From Candidatus Sulfotelmatobacter sp. (GTDB lineage Bacteria; Acidobacteriota; Terriglobia; Acidiferrales; UBA7541), in assembly GCA_035524015.1 (NCBI GenBank), contig DATKPS010000105.1:11680-75679 (forward strand): DNA of 64,000 nt, written 5' to 3'. A program made the translations under genes and the position numbers. Below the pieces are notes generated by a model that was given only the letters and a program-made list of their open reading frames with translations, searched no databases and was not told where the DNA came from. Positions 46,894-56,537 of the stretch are shown in pieces (within the stretch, counting starts at the first letter, position 1; each line of letters starts with the position of its first letter).

Positions 46894-48360
46894 ATGGACT
46901 CGCTGAACCAAGTGATGCTGCAGAATGTGTACCATGTCCTGCCGGAACTGGTGTGGTGTGGCTTCGGCGTACTGCTGATGCTGATCCAGCCCTTCGTCAA
47001 GGGCCGGCAGGCACTCACGTTTGTGGGCATGATCGGCGCAGCCGCGGGAACGCTGGTTACTTTCTATACGTGGAGCGGAAGCGGGTTTTCAGGGCTCATT
47101 CAATTTGACACGCTTAGCTTGTTCTTCCACTGGTTAGTCGGGCTGGTGGCGTTTTTGGTCATCCTGTCGAGCGATTCTTACCTCGAGCGCGAGAATCTGG
47201 ATGGCGCGGAGTTCTACGCCCTCATCCTGTTCGCCACCGCTGGCATGGGCGTGTTGTCGTCGGCGCAAGAACTGCTGACCGCTTTTGTCGGTTTGGAGAT
47301 GTCCTCGATTGCCAGCTACATCCTGGCGGGCTACCGCAGAGACTCGGTAAAAGCCAGCGAGTCGGCGATGAAGTACTTTTTGTTGGGATCGTTTGCGACC
47401 GCGTTTTTCTTGTACGGGATCGCGCTGGTTTATGGCGTGACGGGCTCGACAAACCTGGCGGTGTTGGCCGACGCTAACGGTACGCTGCTGCGGCTCGGAC
47501 TGGTGTTGATCCTGGTGGGCTTGGGTTTCAAGGTGGCCGCCGCTCCCTTCCAGATTTGGACCCCGGATGTATACGAGGGCGCGCCAACTCCGGTAACCGC
47601 ATTGTTTTCGGCAGGACCAAAGGCCGCAACGTTTGCGCTGCTGTTGCGCATTTTCACCACTATCCATGCGGCGACCGATTTTTGGTTCTGGTCGTTTTGG
47701 GTGCTGGCGGTCTTGACGATGCTTGTGGGAAACCTGGGCGCGATCGTACAGCACAACGTGAAGCGCATGCTGGCGTACAGTTCGATTGCGCATGCTGGCT
47801 ATGTCCTGGTGGCTTTCGCGGCGGTGACTTTTGTGCGCGCAGACCCACAAGCGGTAGCACCCGCCTACGCGTCGGTGTTGTTCTATCTGGCGAGCTACTC
47901 GCTGGTCTCGGTCGGAGCGTTCACCATCGTGTCGGAGATTGGCGGGCAAGGAGAGCGCTACCTGACCTACGACGACTATGCCGGATTGGGAACGCGACAA
48001 CCCTTTGCCGCCGCCGCACTCAGCTTGTTCCTGCTGTCGTTCCTGGGATTGCCGATTACCGCGGGTTTCTTCGGCAAACTCTATATTTTCACCGCTGCCA
48101 TCAAGTCACAGTTGGTGTGGCTGGCGGTACTGATGGCCCTCACCAGCATCATCGGGGCTTATTATTACTTCCGGTTGATTGTTGTGATGTATATGCGCGA
48201 TTACAAAGGCGTGGTGCCCGCGGATACCAGCAAGGGCCTAAGCCCCACGGCGGCCATGGTGGTAGTGGTTACCGCCGTAATTACGCTATACTTGGGACTG
48301 GCGCCGAACCATATTCTCGGGATCGTACTCTCACAACCTCTCATGCTCTCCTCCCGTTAG
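46894..48360 (+). CDS. nuoN: NADH-quinone oxidoreductase subunit N (cluster 1)
   Basis: KYFLLG, WTPDVYEGAP, AYSSIAHAGY. Confidence 0.97.
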   Translation: MDSLNQVMLQNVYHVLPELVWCGFGVLLMLIQPFVKGRQALTFVGMIGAAAGTLVTFYTWSGSGFSGLIQFDTLSLFFHWLVGLVAFLVILSSDSYLERENLDGAEFYALILFATAGMGVLSSAQELLTAFVGLEMSSIASYILAGYRRDSVKASESAMKYFLLGSFATAFFLYGIALVYGVTGSTNLAVLADANGTLLRLGLVLILVGLGFKVAAAPFQIWTPDVYEGAPTPVTALFSAGPKAATFALLLRIFTTIHAATDFWFWSFWVLAVLTMLVGNLGAIVQHNVKRMLAYSSIAHAGYVLVAFAAVTFVRADPQAVAPAYASVLFYLASYSLVSVGAFTIVSEIGGQGERYLTYDDYAGLGTRQPFAAAALSLFLLSFLGLPITAGFFGKLYIFTAAIKSQLVWLAVLMALTSIIGAYYYFRLIVVMYMRDYKGVVPADTSKGLSPTAAMVVVVTAVITLYLGLAPNHILGIVLSQPLMLSSR

Positions 48361-48455
48361 GCTACGGAGCCGCCTTATCGTTACCGATACTTGATAATTC
48401 TTGAATTCCGATTTGCCGTGTAGTTAAATCGCAAACTAACCGTCAGGATTTACCC

Positions 48456-50186
48456 ATGGAAGATCGGCTTCGCTCCGCCAATCTGAACCAATCTCCACAA
48501 CAACAGTGGACAAAAGACGAATTCCGCGCCTTGCTGGAAGCTGCGCCCGATGCCATGGTCATTGCCAATGAGCACGGCAGAATCGCCCTCGTCAATGCCC
48601 AAACGGAAAAGCTCTTTGGCTACAAACGCGAGGAGCTGCTCGGGCAACCGGTGGAGATGCTGATTCCGGATCGCTACCGCGGAGGGCACGTCCACTATCG
48701 CAAAGACTACACACAAGCACCAAGACTGCGGCCCATGGGCGCTGGACGTGAATTGTACGGTCTGCGCAAAGACGGAAGTGAATTCCCGGTAGAAATCAGC
48801 CTAAGTCCCTTCCACTCCGAAGAAGGGATGGCGGTGTTCAGTGCCATCCGCGACATCACTCTGCAAAAAAAGTCGCAGGACGAATTGCGCGAGGCCAAAG
48901 AAGCGCTGGAAACGCGCGTGCAGGAACGCACCGCGGAACTGGTGCAGGCCAATGAAGCGCTTCAAGCCGAAATGGTTCAGCGCGAACTGGCCATGCGCCA
49001 ACGCGACAGCGAGCAAGAGCGCGCCCGCCGCCTGGAAGAGCAATTGTTACTATCGCAGAAGATGGAAGCGATCGGGCGCTTAGCTGGAGGCATTGCCCAC
49101 GACTTCAACAATTTACTCGGCGTGATCCTGGGCAACGCGGAGATGATGCTGAAAGCGGGACCGCCCAGCGCCCCGCACATCGAACGGGTCGAACAAATCA
49201 AAATGGCCGGAGAAGAAGCGGCCTCGGTGACCCGGCAGTTGCTGGCGTTCGCACGGCAACAGGTATCCGAGCCGCAGTTGTTGAAACTGAATGTGGTGCT
49301 GACGGATCTGGAGCCATTGCTGCGACGGATTGTGGAAGAAAATGTAAGGTTGGAGATGGTGCTGGCGCGGGACTTGGGAGATATCAAGAACGATCGCAGT
49401 CAATTGTCGCAGGTGATTCTGAACCTGGTGGCGAACGCGCGAGACGCCATGAGACAGGGCGGACGCCTCACGGTCGAAACCTCCAACACCTACCTCGGCG
49501 AGGCCTACGCTCGCGATCACCTCGATGTCGTTCCTGGGCCCTATGTGCAGCTTTCCGTCACCGATTCCGGGCAAGGCATGGACAAAGAGACGGTCAGTCG
49601 GATCTTTGAGCCCTTCTTTACCACCAAGGAGCAAGGCTCGGGCTCGGGACTGGGTTTGGCCACTGTCTACGGGATTGTGCGGCAAAGTCACGGGCACATC
49701 TGGGTCTACAGCGAACCCGGGCGCGGCACGACTTTCAAGATTTACCTGCCACGCGTCTCCGGCACCTTGGAGGAAGAAGATCAGCGCAGTCAAAGGCACG
49801 AAATATCGAATGCCACGGAAACCATCCTGCTGGTCGAAGATGCGAAACTGCTGGCGCGAGTCACCCGCGATTTCCTAGTGTCCGCCGGATATCGCGTGCT
49901 CTTAGCCGCCGAGGGCGCCGAAGCGCTCCATATCGCCGCGGAATTTCCGGGCAAGATTCATATCCTTCTGACCGACGTGGTAATGCCCCATATGAACGGG
50001 CGCGAGCTTTCAGAGGAATTGCTAAAGAGACGCCCGGACATGAAGGTCCTATATATGTCCGGCCACACCGCAGGGGTGATCTCGCAGACCGCCCTACTAG
50101 ATGAAGACGTAGCGTTTATAGAGAAGCCGTTCACGCATGATGGCCTGGCGCGAAAAATCCGACAATTGCTGGAAACCACGACATAA
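48456..50186 (+). CDS. PAS (FixL-like) hybrid sensor histidine kinase with receiver domain
   Basis: PAS LIPDRYRGGH...MGAGRELYGLRKDGSEFP; IAHDFNNLL; NARDAM; GSGLGL; receiver TDVVMP. Confidence 0.93.
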   Translation: MEDRLRSANLNQSPQQQWTKDEFRALLEAAPDAMVIANEHGRIALVNAQTEKLFGYKREELLGQPVEMLIPDRYRGGHVHYRKDYTQAPRLRPMGAGRELYGLRKDGSEFPVEISLSPFHSEEGMAVFSAIRDITLQKKSQDELREAKEALETRVQERTAELVQANEALQAEMVQRELAMRQRDSEQERARRLEEQLLLSQKMEAIGRLAGGIAHDFNNLLGVILGNAEMMLKAGPPSAPHIERVEQIKMAGEEAASVTRQLLAFARQQVSEPQLLKLNVVLTDLEPLLRRIVEENVRLEMVLARDLGDIKNDRSQLSQVILNLVANARDAMRQGGRLTVETSNTYLGEAYARDHLDVVPGPYVQLSVTDSGQGMDKETVSRIFEPFFTTKEQGSGSGLGLATVYGIVRQSHGHIWVYSEPGRGTTFKIYLPRVSGTLEEEDQRSQRHEISNATETILLVEDAKLLARVTRDFLVSAGYRVLLAAEGAEALHIAAEFPGKIHILLTDVVMPHMNGRELSEELLKRRPDMKVLYMSGHTAGVISQTALLDEDVAFIEKPFTHDGLARKIRQLLETTT

Positions 50187-50221
50187 GCGTCAAAAAAAAG
50201 AGGCGGATTGGCGCCGGGAGT

Positions 50222-50237
50222 CGTGATGAAGATCACA
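50222..50237. promoter_or_regulatory. CRP-type binding site
   Basis: CGTGATGAAGATCACA versus TGTGA-N6-TCACA (one mismatch). Confidence 0.55.
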
Positions 50238-50443
50238 CAACTTTGTGCGATATAACCCACCCCGAAGCGCCCGGGCGAACAAATCCCAAAACGGAACTCT
50301 TCCCCTTCTCCTTCTAACCTCCATATTTCACGATAGTTAAAAGTCGTGACGGAATTCCCGACTTTTCGCCCTCATTGGCCACGCAGATGCACCTACTCCC
50401 CGCGTAAGCCGAGACTAAGCCGATAGTAAGAAAGGACGTCCCC

Positions 50444-51226
50444 ATGGCCAGCAGCGTACTGACAGCAAAGGCAGCCAATGGATATATGCCGGCGGCGGCG
50501 TCAAGGAAGCCGCGCACTCCCTACGGGTTCCCAGTCGTGGAGGACTGCTCCACGTGCGATGGGCGCACCGAGAGCTTCTTTTGCAACGTCTCCCCTCAGA
50601 CCGCCCGGGCGCTCGGAGAGCTTCGCCGCACCAGTTCGTATCCCGCGGGCGCGATCCTGTTCATGGAAGGCGAGCCAGCACGCGGTGTGTACATCGTGTG
50701 TCAGGGACGGGTGAAGCTGCTGACGACGAACAGCGACGGCAAGACGCTAATCTTCAAGATTGCCAAACCAGGAGACATTCTGGGGCTGAATCCAGCCATT
50801 TCCGGAACGCCCCACGAGATTACCGCGGAGACCCTTCAGCCCGCGCAGTTGGCCTACGTGAGCCGGGAAGATTTCCTGAAGTTCATCAAAGAGCACGGAG
50901 ACGCTTGTTTGCAGGTCGCACAGCATTTGGGACGCGATTGCCACTCGGCGTATGAGGTGATTCGCTCGATCGGGCTCAGCAACTCCGTGGAAGAAAAGCT
51001 TGCGCGGTTTCTGGTGGAATGGTCCGCAGGAGCACCGACAACAAATGGTGGGTTGCGGGTGAAACTGGCACTAACACACGAAGAAATCGCGCAATTGATC
51101 GGCTGTTCCCGCGAATCGGTAAGCCGCAGCTTCAGTGAATTCAAGCGGAAGCGGCTGGTGGAAGTGAACGGTTCGACGTTGTTGGTTCAGGATAAAGCAG
51201 CGCTGGAGTCTTTGGCCACGCTGTAG
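50444..51226 (+). CDS. Crp/Fnr family regulator with N-terminal Cys cluster
   Basis: CSTC-x8-C; cNMP-binding fold; LTHEEIAQLIGCSRESVSR HTH. Confidence 0.93.
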   Translation: MASSVLTAKAANGYMPAAASRKPRTPYGFPVVEDCSTCDGRTESFFCNVSPQTARALGELRRTSSYPAGAILFMEGEPARGVYIVCQGRVKLLTTNSDGKTLIFKIAKPGDILGLNPAISGTPHEITAETLQPAQLAYVSREDFLKFIKEHGDACLQVAQHLGRDCHSAYEVIRSIGLSNSVEEKLARFLVEWSAGAPTTNGGLRVKLALTHEEIAQLIGCSRESVSRSFSEFKRKRLVEVNGSTLLVQDKAALESLATL

Positions 51227-51250
51227 AGGCTACGCTCAGGAACAATCCCC

Positions 51251-51297
51251 AGGGAGGGGGAGTCCGTGGTGGGTACTCCCCTTCCCTTTTTGTTTTT
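51251..51297 (+). terminator. Intrinsic terminator after Crp/Fnr gene
   Basis: AGGGAGGGGGAGT...ACTCCCCTTCCCT followed by TTTTGTTTTT. Confidence 0.8.
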
Positions 51298-51350
51298 CGT
51301 GAAAGTTGCAAAGTTGGATTTGTTGCACGATTCTGCGTTCCGTCCCAAAT

Positions 51351-51387
51351 AAAACGCCCGCATCGAGAAACTCGGTGCGGGCGTTTT
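51351..51387 (-). terminator. Intrinsic (probably bidirectional) terminator after atpE
   Basis: AAAACGCCCGCATCGAG-AAA-CTCGGTGCGGGCGTTTT. Confidence 0.85.
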
Positions 51388-51433
51388 GGATTTCATGGGC
51401 TTCGAAGAAGCTAGCGTGGAACCCAGCGTTTCC

Positions 51434-51742
51434 TTAAACCTTCAGCATGATAATGGCGAGTGTGAAGAGCGCCAACGTCTCCACGAACACCAACCCGAGA
51501 ATCATGGCTGCGCGGATGGCGCCAGCAGCTCCCGGATTGCGCGCCATGCCTTCACAAGCGGACGAGGCAATCTTGCCTTGGCCGAGCGCTGCGCCGAAAG
51601 CGGCGAGGGCCATGCCGAAGCCCGCGGCGATAGCGCCGAGGTTCTTGCCGCCTGCAGCACCGGGCTCCTGAGCGAATAGAGCAGGAGCAACGACCAGCAT
51701 TACGATTACGAGTACAGCTAACGACAGTACAGCTTTCTTCAT
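51434..51742 (-). CDS. atpE: ATP synthase Fo subunit c with signal-peptide-like extension
   Basis: GAALGQG, ARNP loop, FVETLALF carboxylate. Confidence 0.95.
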   Translation of the reverse strand: MKKAVLSLAVLVIVMLVVAPALFAQEPGAAGGKNLGAIAAGFGMALAAFGAALGQGKIASSACEGMARNPGAAGAIRAAMILGLVFVETLALFTLAIIMLKV

Positions 51743-51877
51743 AACTTCCTCCTGAGAATAACCGCCAGTGGGTGGTTCCCGGATCTACGTGAAGCAAACC
51801 GGTCTCACGCTGAACGGTAAAGCGCAACTCGTGGCCCGCACCGGAACGGCGTCACTGAACCCGCCGCTACAACTCTC

Positions 51878-52708
51878 TCAGTGCTCGTCGGCAACGGCCA
51901 GCCCCACATAAATGGCCGGGAGCACCGTAAAGATATAAGCCTGAATGATCGACACAAAAATATGAAGGCCGATAAACACAATCGGAATCAGGATCGGGAA
52001 AATGGCCATGGGCGCCCCGAGCACCGGGCTCTTGTGCCAAACCCATTCGAACGGGCCCATCATCAGGCCGAGGAAAATAAAGTAGATCAGATCGCTGGCA
52101 AATATATTCGCCCAAAGACGAACCGTGAGCGAAAGCAAACGGGCCAGCGTGGAAATAACCTCTACCGGAAACAAAAGAACCGCGAGAGCCCAATCTCCTA
52201 AATGTTGAGGCGAACCCGCGAAGGTGAGCAGATAACGGCCGGCGCCGTGGTGACGAATGCCCTGCCAGTTGAAATAAAGAAAAACCAGAGAAGCGCAGGC
52301 TAGGGGCGGGTAGGGCTCGACCGTGGGCGAGGAGAATTCCGGGAAAATGCTGAGCAAGTTGGCGAGCAGCACGAACACCGAGATGGTACCCAGAAACGGG
52401 ATGTACCGGTCGACGCCATGCCCGACGTTTTCCTCCAGCAGATCCCTGATGCCAAATCCCATGGAGTTGGTCAGCAACAGCTCGGCGCCTTGTTGGAACA
52501 TTCCGGGGCGTTCCACCGAAAGCTGCGAGCGAAGGATCAAAGCAAAGACCGTGCCGATCAACAGCACCACCAAGGACATCACCAGATATTCGGGAATCGG
52601 GTTCGCGGCATCGTTTGGCTGTATGCCCATGGCGTGAAGCAGCTGCAGCGCAAGCGGACCCAAAACGTGGTTGAACCAGTGCGTAAGATGTTTCAGTTCA
52701 TGTTCCAT
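51878..52708 (-). CDS. atpB: ATP synthase Fo subunit a
   Basis: LSLTVRLWANIFA (essential Arg), IQAYIF. Confidence 0.95.
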   Translation of the reverse strand: MEHELKHLTHWFNHVLGPLALQLLHAMGIQPNDAANPIPEYLVMSLVVLLIGTVFALILRSQLSVERPGMFQQGAELLLTNSMGFGIRDLLEENVGHGVDRYIPFLGTISVFVLLANLLSIFPEFSSPTVEPYPPLACASLVFLYFNWQGIRHHGAGRYLLTFAGSPQHLGDWALAVLLFPVEVISTLARLLSLTVRLWANIFASDLIYFIFLGLMMGPFEWVWHKSPVLGAPMAIFPILIPIVFIGLHIFVSIIQAYIFTVLPAIYVGLAVADEH

Positions 52709-52711
52709 TCG

Positions 52712-53128
52712 TTATTCCGCGGAGCGAAAGATGCTGTGCACACTAACCACGAAGGTGGCCGCTCCCAGGGCGCACAGACCGAGAACCATGCTTAAAACGG
52801 GAACGTTCAGATATTTAAAAATAACATACACCGCTAGGCCTATCAACCCGTAGCGCAGCAGCACTTTGAAGTACGTGGCTACGGGAACAGTGGCTTTTCT
52901 CGTGTCGGCTTGCGCGGTAGAGCTTTGCGCCAGGGCGTCGCCGCCTTGCTGGAGCCAACGGAAATTGAGCCAGGCGAGGGCCGACCCGATAAAGATGCCG
53001 GCTCCCCAGCGCCAACCGTAGAAGTACCCGACAGGCGGCGCGGCCAATACGCCAAGAACGAGGGTAAGCCGGGAGATGTGCGATTCGGTGCGGCGATAGG
53101 TGGAATCGTCGATGGCTCGGGAGTTCAC
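52712..53128 (-). CDS. atpI: ATP synthase protein I (4-TM)
   Basis: G..LAWLNFRWL, LLRY; position before atpB; GTGA overlap with upstream gene. Confidence 0.8.
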   Translation of the reverse strand: MNSRAIDDSTYRRTESHISRLTLVLGVLAAPPVGYFYGWRWGAGIFIGSALAWLNFRWLQQGGDALAQSSTAQADTRKATVPVATYFKVLLRYGLIGLAVYVIFKYLNVPVLSMVLGLCALGAATFVVSVHSIFRSAE

Positions 53129-53388
53129 TGCTTGCCGACGCGGCGCAGCATGTCGCGTAGCCCGGCGAAGAAACCAAGGAAGCCACAAACCAGCATGAGA
53201 TACGGCTTGGTGTGTAGCCACTGATCCAGGAAGTAGCCGATGACGCCGCCCACCGCCACGGTGGCCACCATGATGAACGGCAGTTCCAAAGCCAAGGCAA
53301 ACTGTCGACTGAAGCCGCCGAAGCCAGACGCGCGCTGCTCGCTGGGCGTCAACTTGTGGTCTTTCGTTTCGTTATTGTCCGAGGGCAT
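53125..53388 (-). CDS. atpZ: AtpZ/AtpI family 2-TM protein
   Basis: GGVIGYFLDQWLHTKPY..GFLGF. Confidence 0.85.
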   Translation of the reverse strand: MPSDNNETKDHKLTPSEQRASGFGGFSRQFALALELPFIMVATVAVGGVIGYFLDQWLHTKPYLMLVCGFLGFFAGLRDMLRRVGKQ

Positions 53389-54892
53389 AACGAGCCAAAC
53401 GCGTGAATGGCTCAGGATACAACCCTGCAGCCAGGGTTACAAACAGGGTCACGCCAAGGGCAACCGCTTGTGCGCTGCTCAGATGCGGGGCAGGTGCCTC
53501 GCCGGGGCTCCGCATCCATGCATGCACCACGATTCGGAAATAGTAATACAGCGCCGGAACAATGTAGAGAACCGCAAAGACCGCCAGCACCGGATGATGG
53601 GTTTCAATCAGCGCTTGGAAGATGAAGTATTTGCCCATGAATCCAGCCGTAGGAGGAATGCCCGCGAGCGAGAGCATGAAGATCAGCAACAGCAGCGCGG
53701 CGGTCGGATTGCGCTGATATAGGCCGTCGAGATCGTCCAGCGTGTCTCCGATCAGCCCGCGCTGGCGCATCACGATTACAATCGCGAAGGCACCCATGGT
53801 CATGAAGCCATAGGCGATCAGGTAATAAAAAATACCGGTGAACCCGGTAGCGTTCGCAGCGACAAGTCCCAGCAGAATATATCCAACGTGAGAAATGGAA
53901 GAGTAGGCCAGCAGCCGTTTGACATTGTTCTGCGTAAGCGCCGCCAGATTGCCCCACGTAAGCGATGCAATGGCCACGCCTGCAATTAGAAAAACCCAGG
54001 TGGGCTGCAAGTCGCCAAAGATGATGGTGATCAGCCGGAGCAGCAACGCAAAGCTGGCGGTCTTCGAAGCGACACTGACGTAAGCGGTGATGGGCGTTGG
54101 CGCGCCCTCATAAACGTCGGGCGCCCATTGATGGAAAGGCACCGCCGCTACCTTGAAGAAAAGCCCAGCAGCCACAGACACAAAAGCTACCACCACCAGC
54201 CAATCGGTCAGGCCGTGCGCGAAGGTGTACTGCACGCGCTTCTCCAGCACGTTCGCAATGGCCACGATGTTGGTGTTGGCTCGCCCCACGCCGTAAAGAA
54301 TAGAAAAGCCGTAAGCGAGAATGCCGGAGCTGAAGGCGCCCAAGAGAATGTACTTCAAGGCCGCTTCGTTGGAGCGCTTGTTCTTGCGCAGAAAACCGGT
54401 AAGCACGTAGAAGCTGAGCGCCATGGTTTCCAGGCCCAGGAAGAGCACGATCAGATCGATGCCGCAAGCCATGAACATCATGCCGATGCAGGCAAAAAGA
54501 ATCAGAGCATAGAATTCGCCTTCCTGCTCGTGCTCCAAGTCCATGTAACGAATGGAGAGAAGAATCACCAGGGCGGTAGCCGCAAGAAAAAGAGCCGCAA
54601 ACACAATGAAGAAGCCGTCGACGAGAACGGAGTAGTGGAAACCGAGTAGGCCGGGCAAACCGGAAGGGTTGAGGCGAACTTGGTTGTACTGGCGAGCCTG
54701 CATGAACACGCCCATACCGCTGGCCACCACGCCGACCAGAGCCAGGTACGCGTTTAGGTGTTTTTCTTTCTTCTCCAGCAAAAAATCAAAGATGAGAATG
54801 CCGAGGGCGAACAGAAGCAACTCCATCTCCGGCAAGATCACCAGGCCATCGCCGTGGATGTAATTGATGACGGAAGTGAGGGCAGAGTGCAT
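53372..54892 (-). CDS. nuoN: NADH-quinone oxidoreductase subunit N (cluster 2)
   Basis: EAALKYILLG, WAPDVYEGAP, AYSSISHVGY. Confidence 0.96.
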   Translation of the reverse strand: MHSALTSVINYIHGDGLVILPEMELLLFALGILIFDFLLEKKEKHLNAYLALVGVVASGMGVFMQARQYNQVRLNPSGLPGLLGFHYSVLVDGFFIVFAALFLAATALVILLSIRYMDLEHEQEGEFYALILFACIGMMFMACGIDLIVLFLGLETMALSFYVLTGFLRKNKRSNEAALKYILLGAFSSGILAYGFSILYGVGRANTNIVAIANVLEKRVQYTFAHGLTDWLVVVAFVSVAAGLFFKVAAVPFHQWAPDVYEGAPTPITAYVSVASKTASFALLLRLITIIFGDLQPTWVFLIAGVAIASLTWGNLAALTQNNVKRLLAYSSISHVGYILLGLVAANATGFTGIFYYLIAYGFMTMGAFAIVIVMRQRGLIGDTLDDLDGLYQRNPTAALLLLIFMLSLAGIPPTAGFMGKYFIFQALIETHHPVLAVFAVLYIVPALYYYFRIVVHAWMRSPGEAPAPHLSSAQAVALGVTLFVTLAAGLYPEPFTRLARYALGQ

Positions 54893-54899
54893 AGCTTCG

Positions 54900-56525
54900 T
54901 TATTTGGCCTCAGCGGAGACCGGCGTCAAAGAAGTTGACCCAGTGGACGAGGTAGCGGAGGCCGAGGATGCGGGGGCTGGCTTAGCCGCCTGCTCATAGA
55001 AGCCGGGATTAATCTGGTGGACGATCTTGTCGACCGGGCTGTTGATGTAGTTGAAGAAGGGCTTTGGATAGATGCCGATCCAGAAAGCCAGCGCCACCAG
55101 CGGCAGCAGAACCGCGTACTCGCGAAGGTTCAGGTCCGGAAGCATCTTATTCGCCTCGTGCGTGACCGAGCCAAACATCACCCGCTGATACAGCCAGAGC
55201 AGATAAGCCGCGCCTAGAACGATGCCGAGCGTACCCCAGGCAGCCCAGGCTTTGTTCACGATGAAAGCGCCCTGCAATATGGTGAATTCCCCAATGAAAC
55301 CATTCAGCAAGGGCATGCCCAGCGAACTCAGGCTGATGATGAGATAGATGGCAGCGAAGTTCGGCATCGGCGTAGCGAGCCCGCCAAACTCGGAGATCAG
55401 CCGCGTGTGCCGTCGCTCGTAAAGCACGCCGACGATAAGGAAGAGTGCGCCCGTGGAGATGCCGTGATTGATCTGCTGCAAGACGCTGCCGGAAAGCCCT
55501 GTCGGCGTCAGGGCAAAAATGCCCAGCGTGCAAAAGCCTAAGTGACTGACTGAACTGTAGGCTATCAGCCGCTTCATGTCTTTCTGCATCAGGCAGACGA
55601 TCGCTCCGTAGATGATGCCGACCAGCGAGAGCACGATCAGAATGTGGATGATCTTCGCGCGCATCGCTGGATCACTGGGCAGCAGTGGCAGCGAGAAGCG
55701 AATGAAACCATACGTGCCCATTTTCAGCAGGACGCCAGCCAGAATCACCGAGCCGGCCGTGGGCGCTTCGGTGTGCGCATCCGGCAACCACGTGTGGAAC
55801 GGGAACATCGGCACCTTAATGGCGAACGCGAAGAAGAAACCCCAGAACAGCCAAGTCTTCAGTGATTCCGTGAAAATCTTCGAATACAGCGGATTTTGCA
55901 CCGCGGCAAGAAGCGTCGGAATATCGAAGGTTTGCACGCCAGTCGCTTTGGCGGCGTTGAAGTAGAGCGCCAAAATGCCCAGCAGCATCAGAACCGACCC
56001 AGCCAGCGTGTAAAGGAAGAACTTGATGGCGGCGTACAGACGGCGATCGCTGCCCCACACCCCGATCAGGAAATACATCGGCACCAACATCACTTCCCAG
56101 AAAACGTAGAACAGGAAGAAGTCCAGCGACATGAACACGCCAAGCATGCCGGTTTGCAACAGCAGCAGCAGAATGTAGTACTCCTTGGTGCGCGTCTGGA
56201 TCGCGGACCAGGAGGACAGAATGGCGATCATGCCCAGCAAGGTGGTCAACATGACCAGCAGGAAGCTGATGCCGTCGATACCGAGCGTGTAACGCGCGCC
56301 GATGGAGGGGATCCAATCTGCCGATTCGCGGAAGGCAAAATCCTGAAAACCCATGGGGAAGTGCAACACCAGCGGAATCGACACGGCGAAACCTAGCACG
56401 CCGAAAAGATTGCCAACAATCCGGTGAAGCGTTTGTGACCCGCGCGGAATAAACAGCAGCGCGATGGCGCCGATGGTAGGCGTGAACAGGATCACGCTAA
56501 GAAGATGATTTGAGAACAGGTGCAT
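54900..56525 (-). CDS. nuoM: NADH-quinone oxidoreductase subunit M (cluster 2)
   Basis: HTWLPDAHTEAPTAGS, LLKMGTYG. Confidence 0.96.
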   Translation of the reverse strand: MHLFSNHLLSVILFTPTIGAIALLFIPRGSQTLHRIVGNLFGVLGFAVSIPLVLHFPMGFQDFAFRESADWIPSIGARYTLGIDGISFLLVMLTTLLGMIAILSSWSAIQTRTKEYYILLLLLQTGMLGVFMSLDFFLFYVFWEVMLVPMYFLIGVWGSDRRLYAAIKFFLYTLAGSVLMLLGILALYFNAAKATGVQTFDIPTLLAAVQNPLYSKIFTESLKTWLFWGFFFAFAIKVPMFPFHTWLPDAHTEAPTAGSVILAGVLLKMGTYGFIRFSLPLLPSDPAMRAKIIHILIVLSLVGIIYGAIVCLMQKDMKRLIAYSSVSHLGFCTLGIFALTPTGLSGSVLQQINHGISTGALFLIVGVLYERRHTRLISEFGGLATPMPNFAAIYLIISLSSLGMPLLNGFIGEFTILQGAFIVNKAWAAWGTLGIVLGAAYLLWLYQRVMFGSVTHEANKMLPDLNLREYAVLLPLVALAFWIGIYPKPFFNYINSPVDKIVHQINPGFYEQAAKPAPASSASATSSTGSTSLTPVSAEAK

Positions 56526-56537
56526 GCAAATCGCCTT

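Noticed and set aside
50400-50426. Sigma28 promoter before the Crp/Fnr gene (GCCGATAG)
   Set aside because: No TAAA at the required 15-bp spacing
51434-52708. Na+-coupled ATP synthase
   Set aside because: Subunit c has Q and E-T but lacks the rest of the Na+ signature (ETLALF rather than ESTxxY), and subunit a has an acidic/His pair like H+-type enzymes; not supportable
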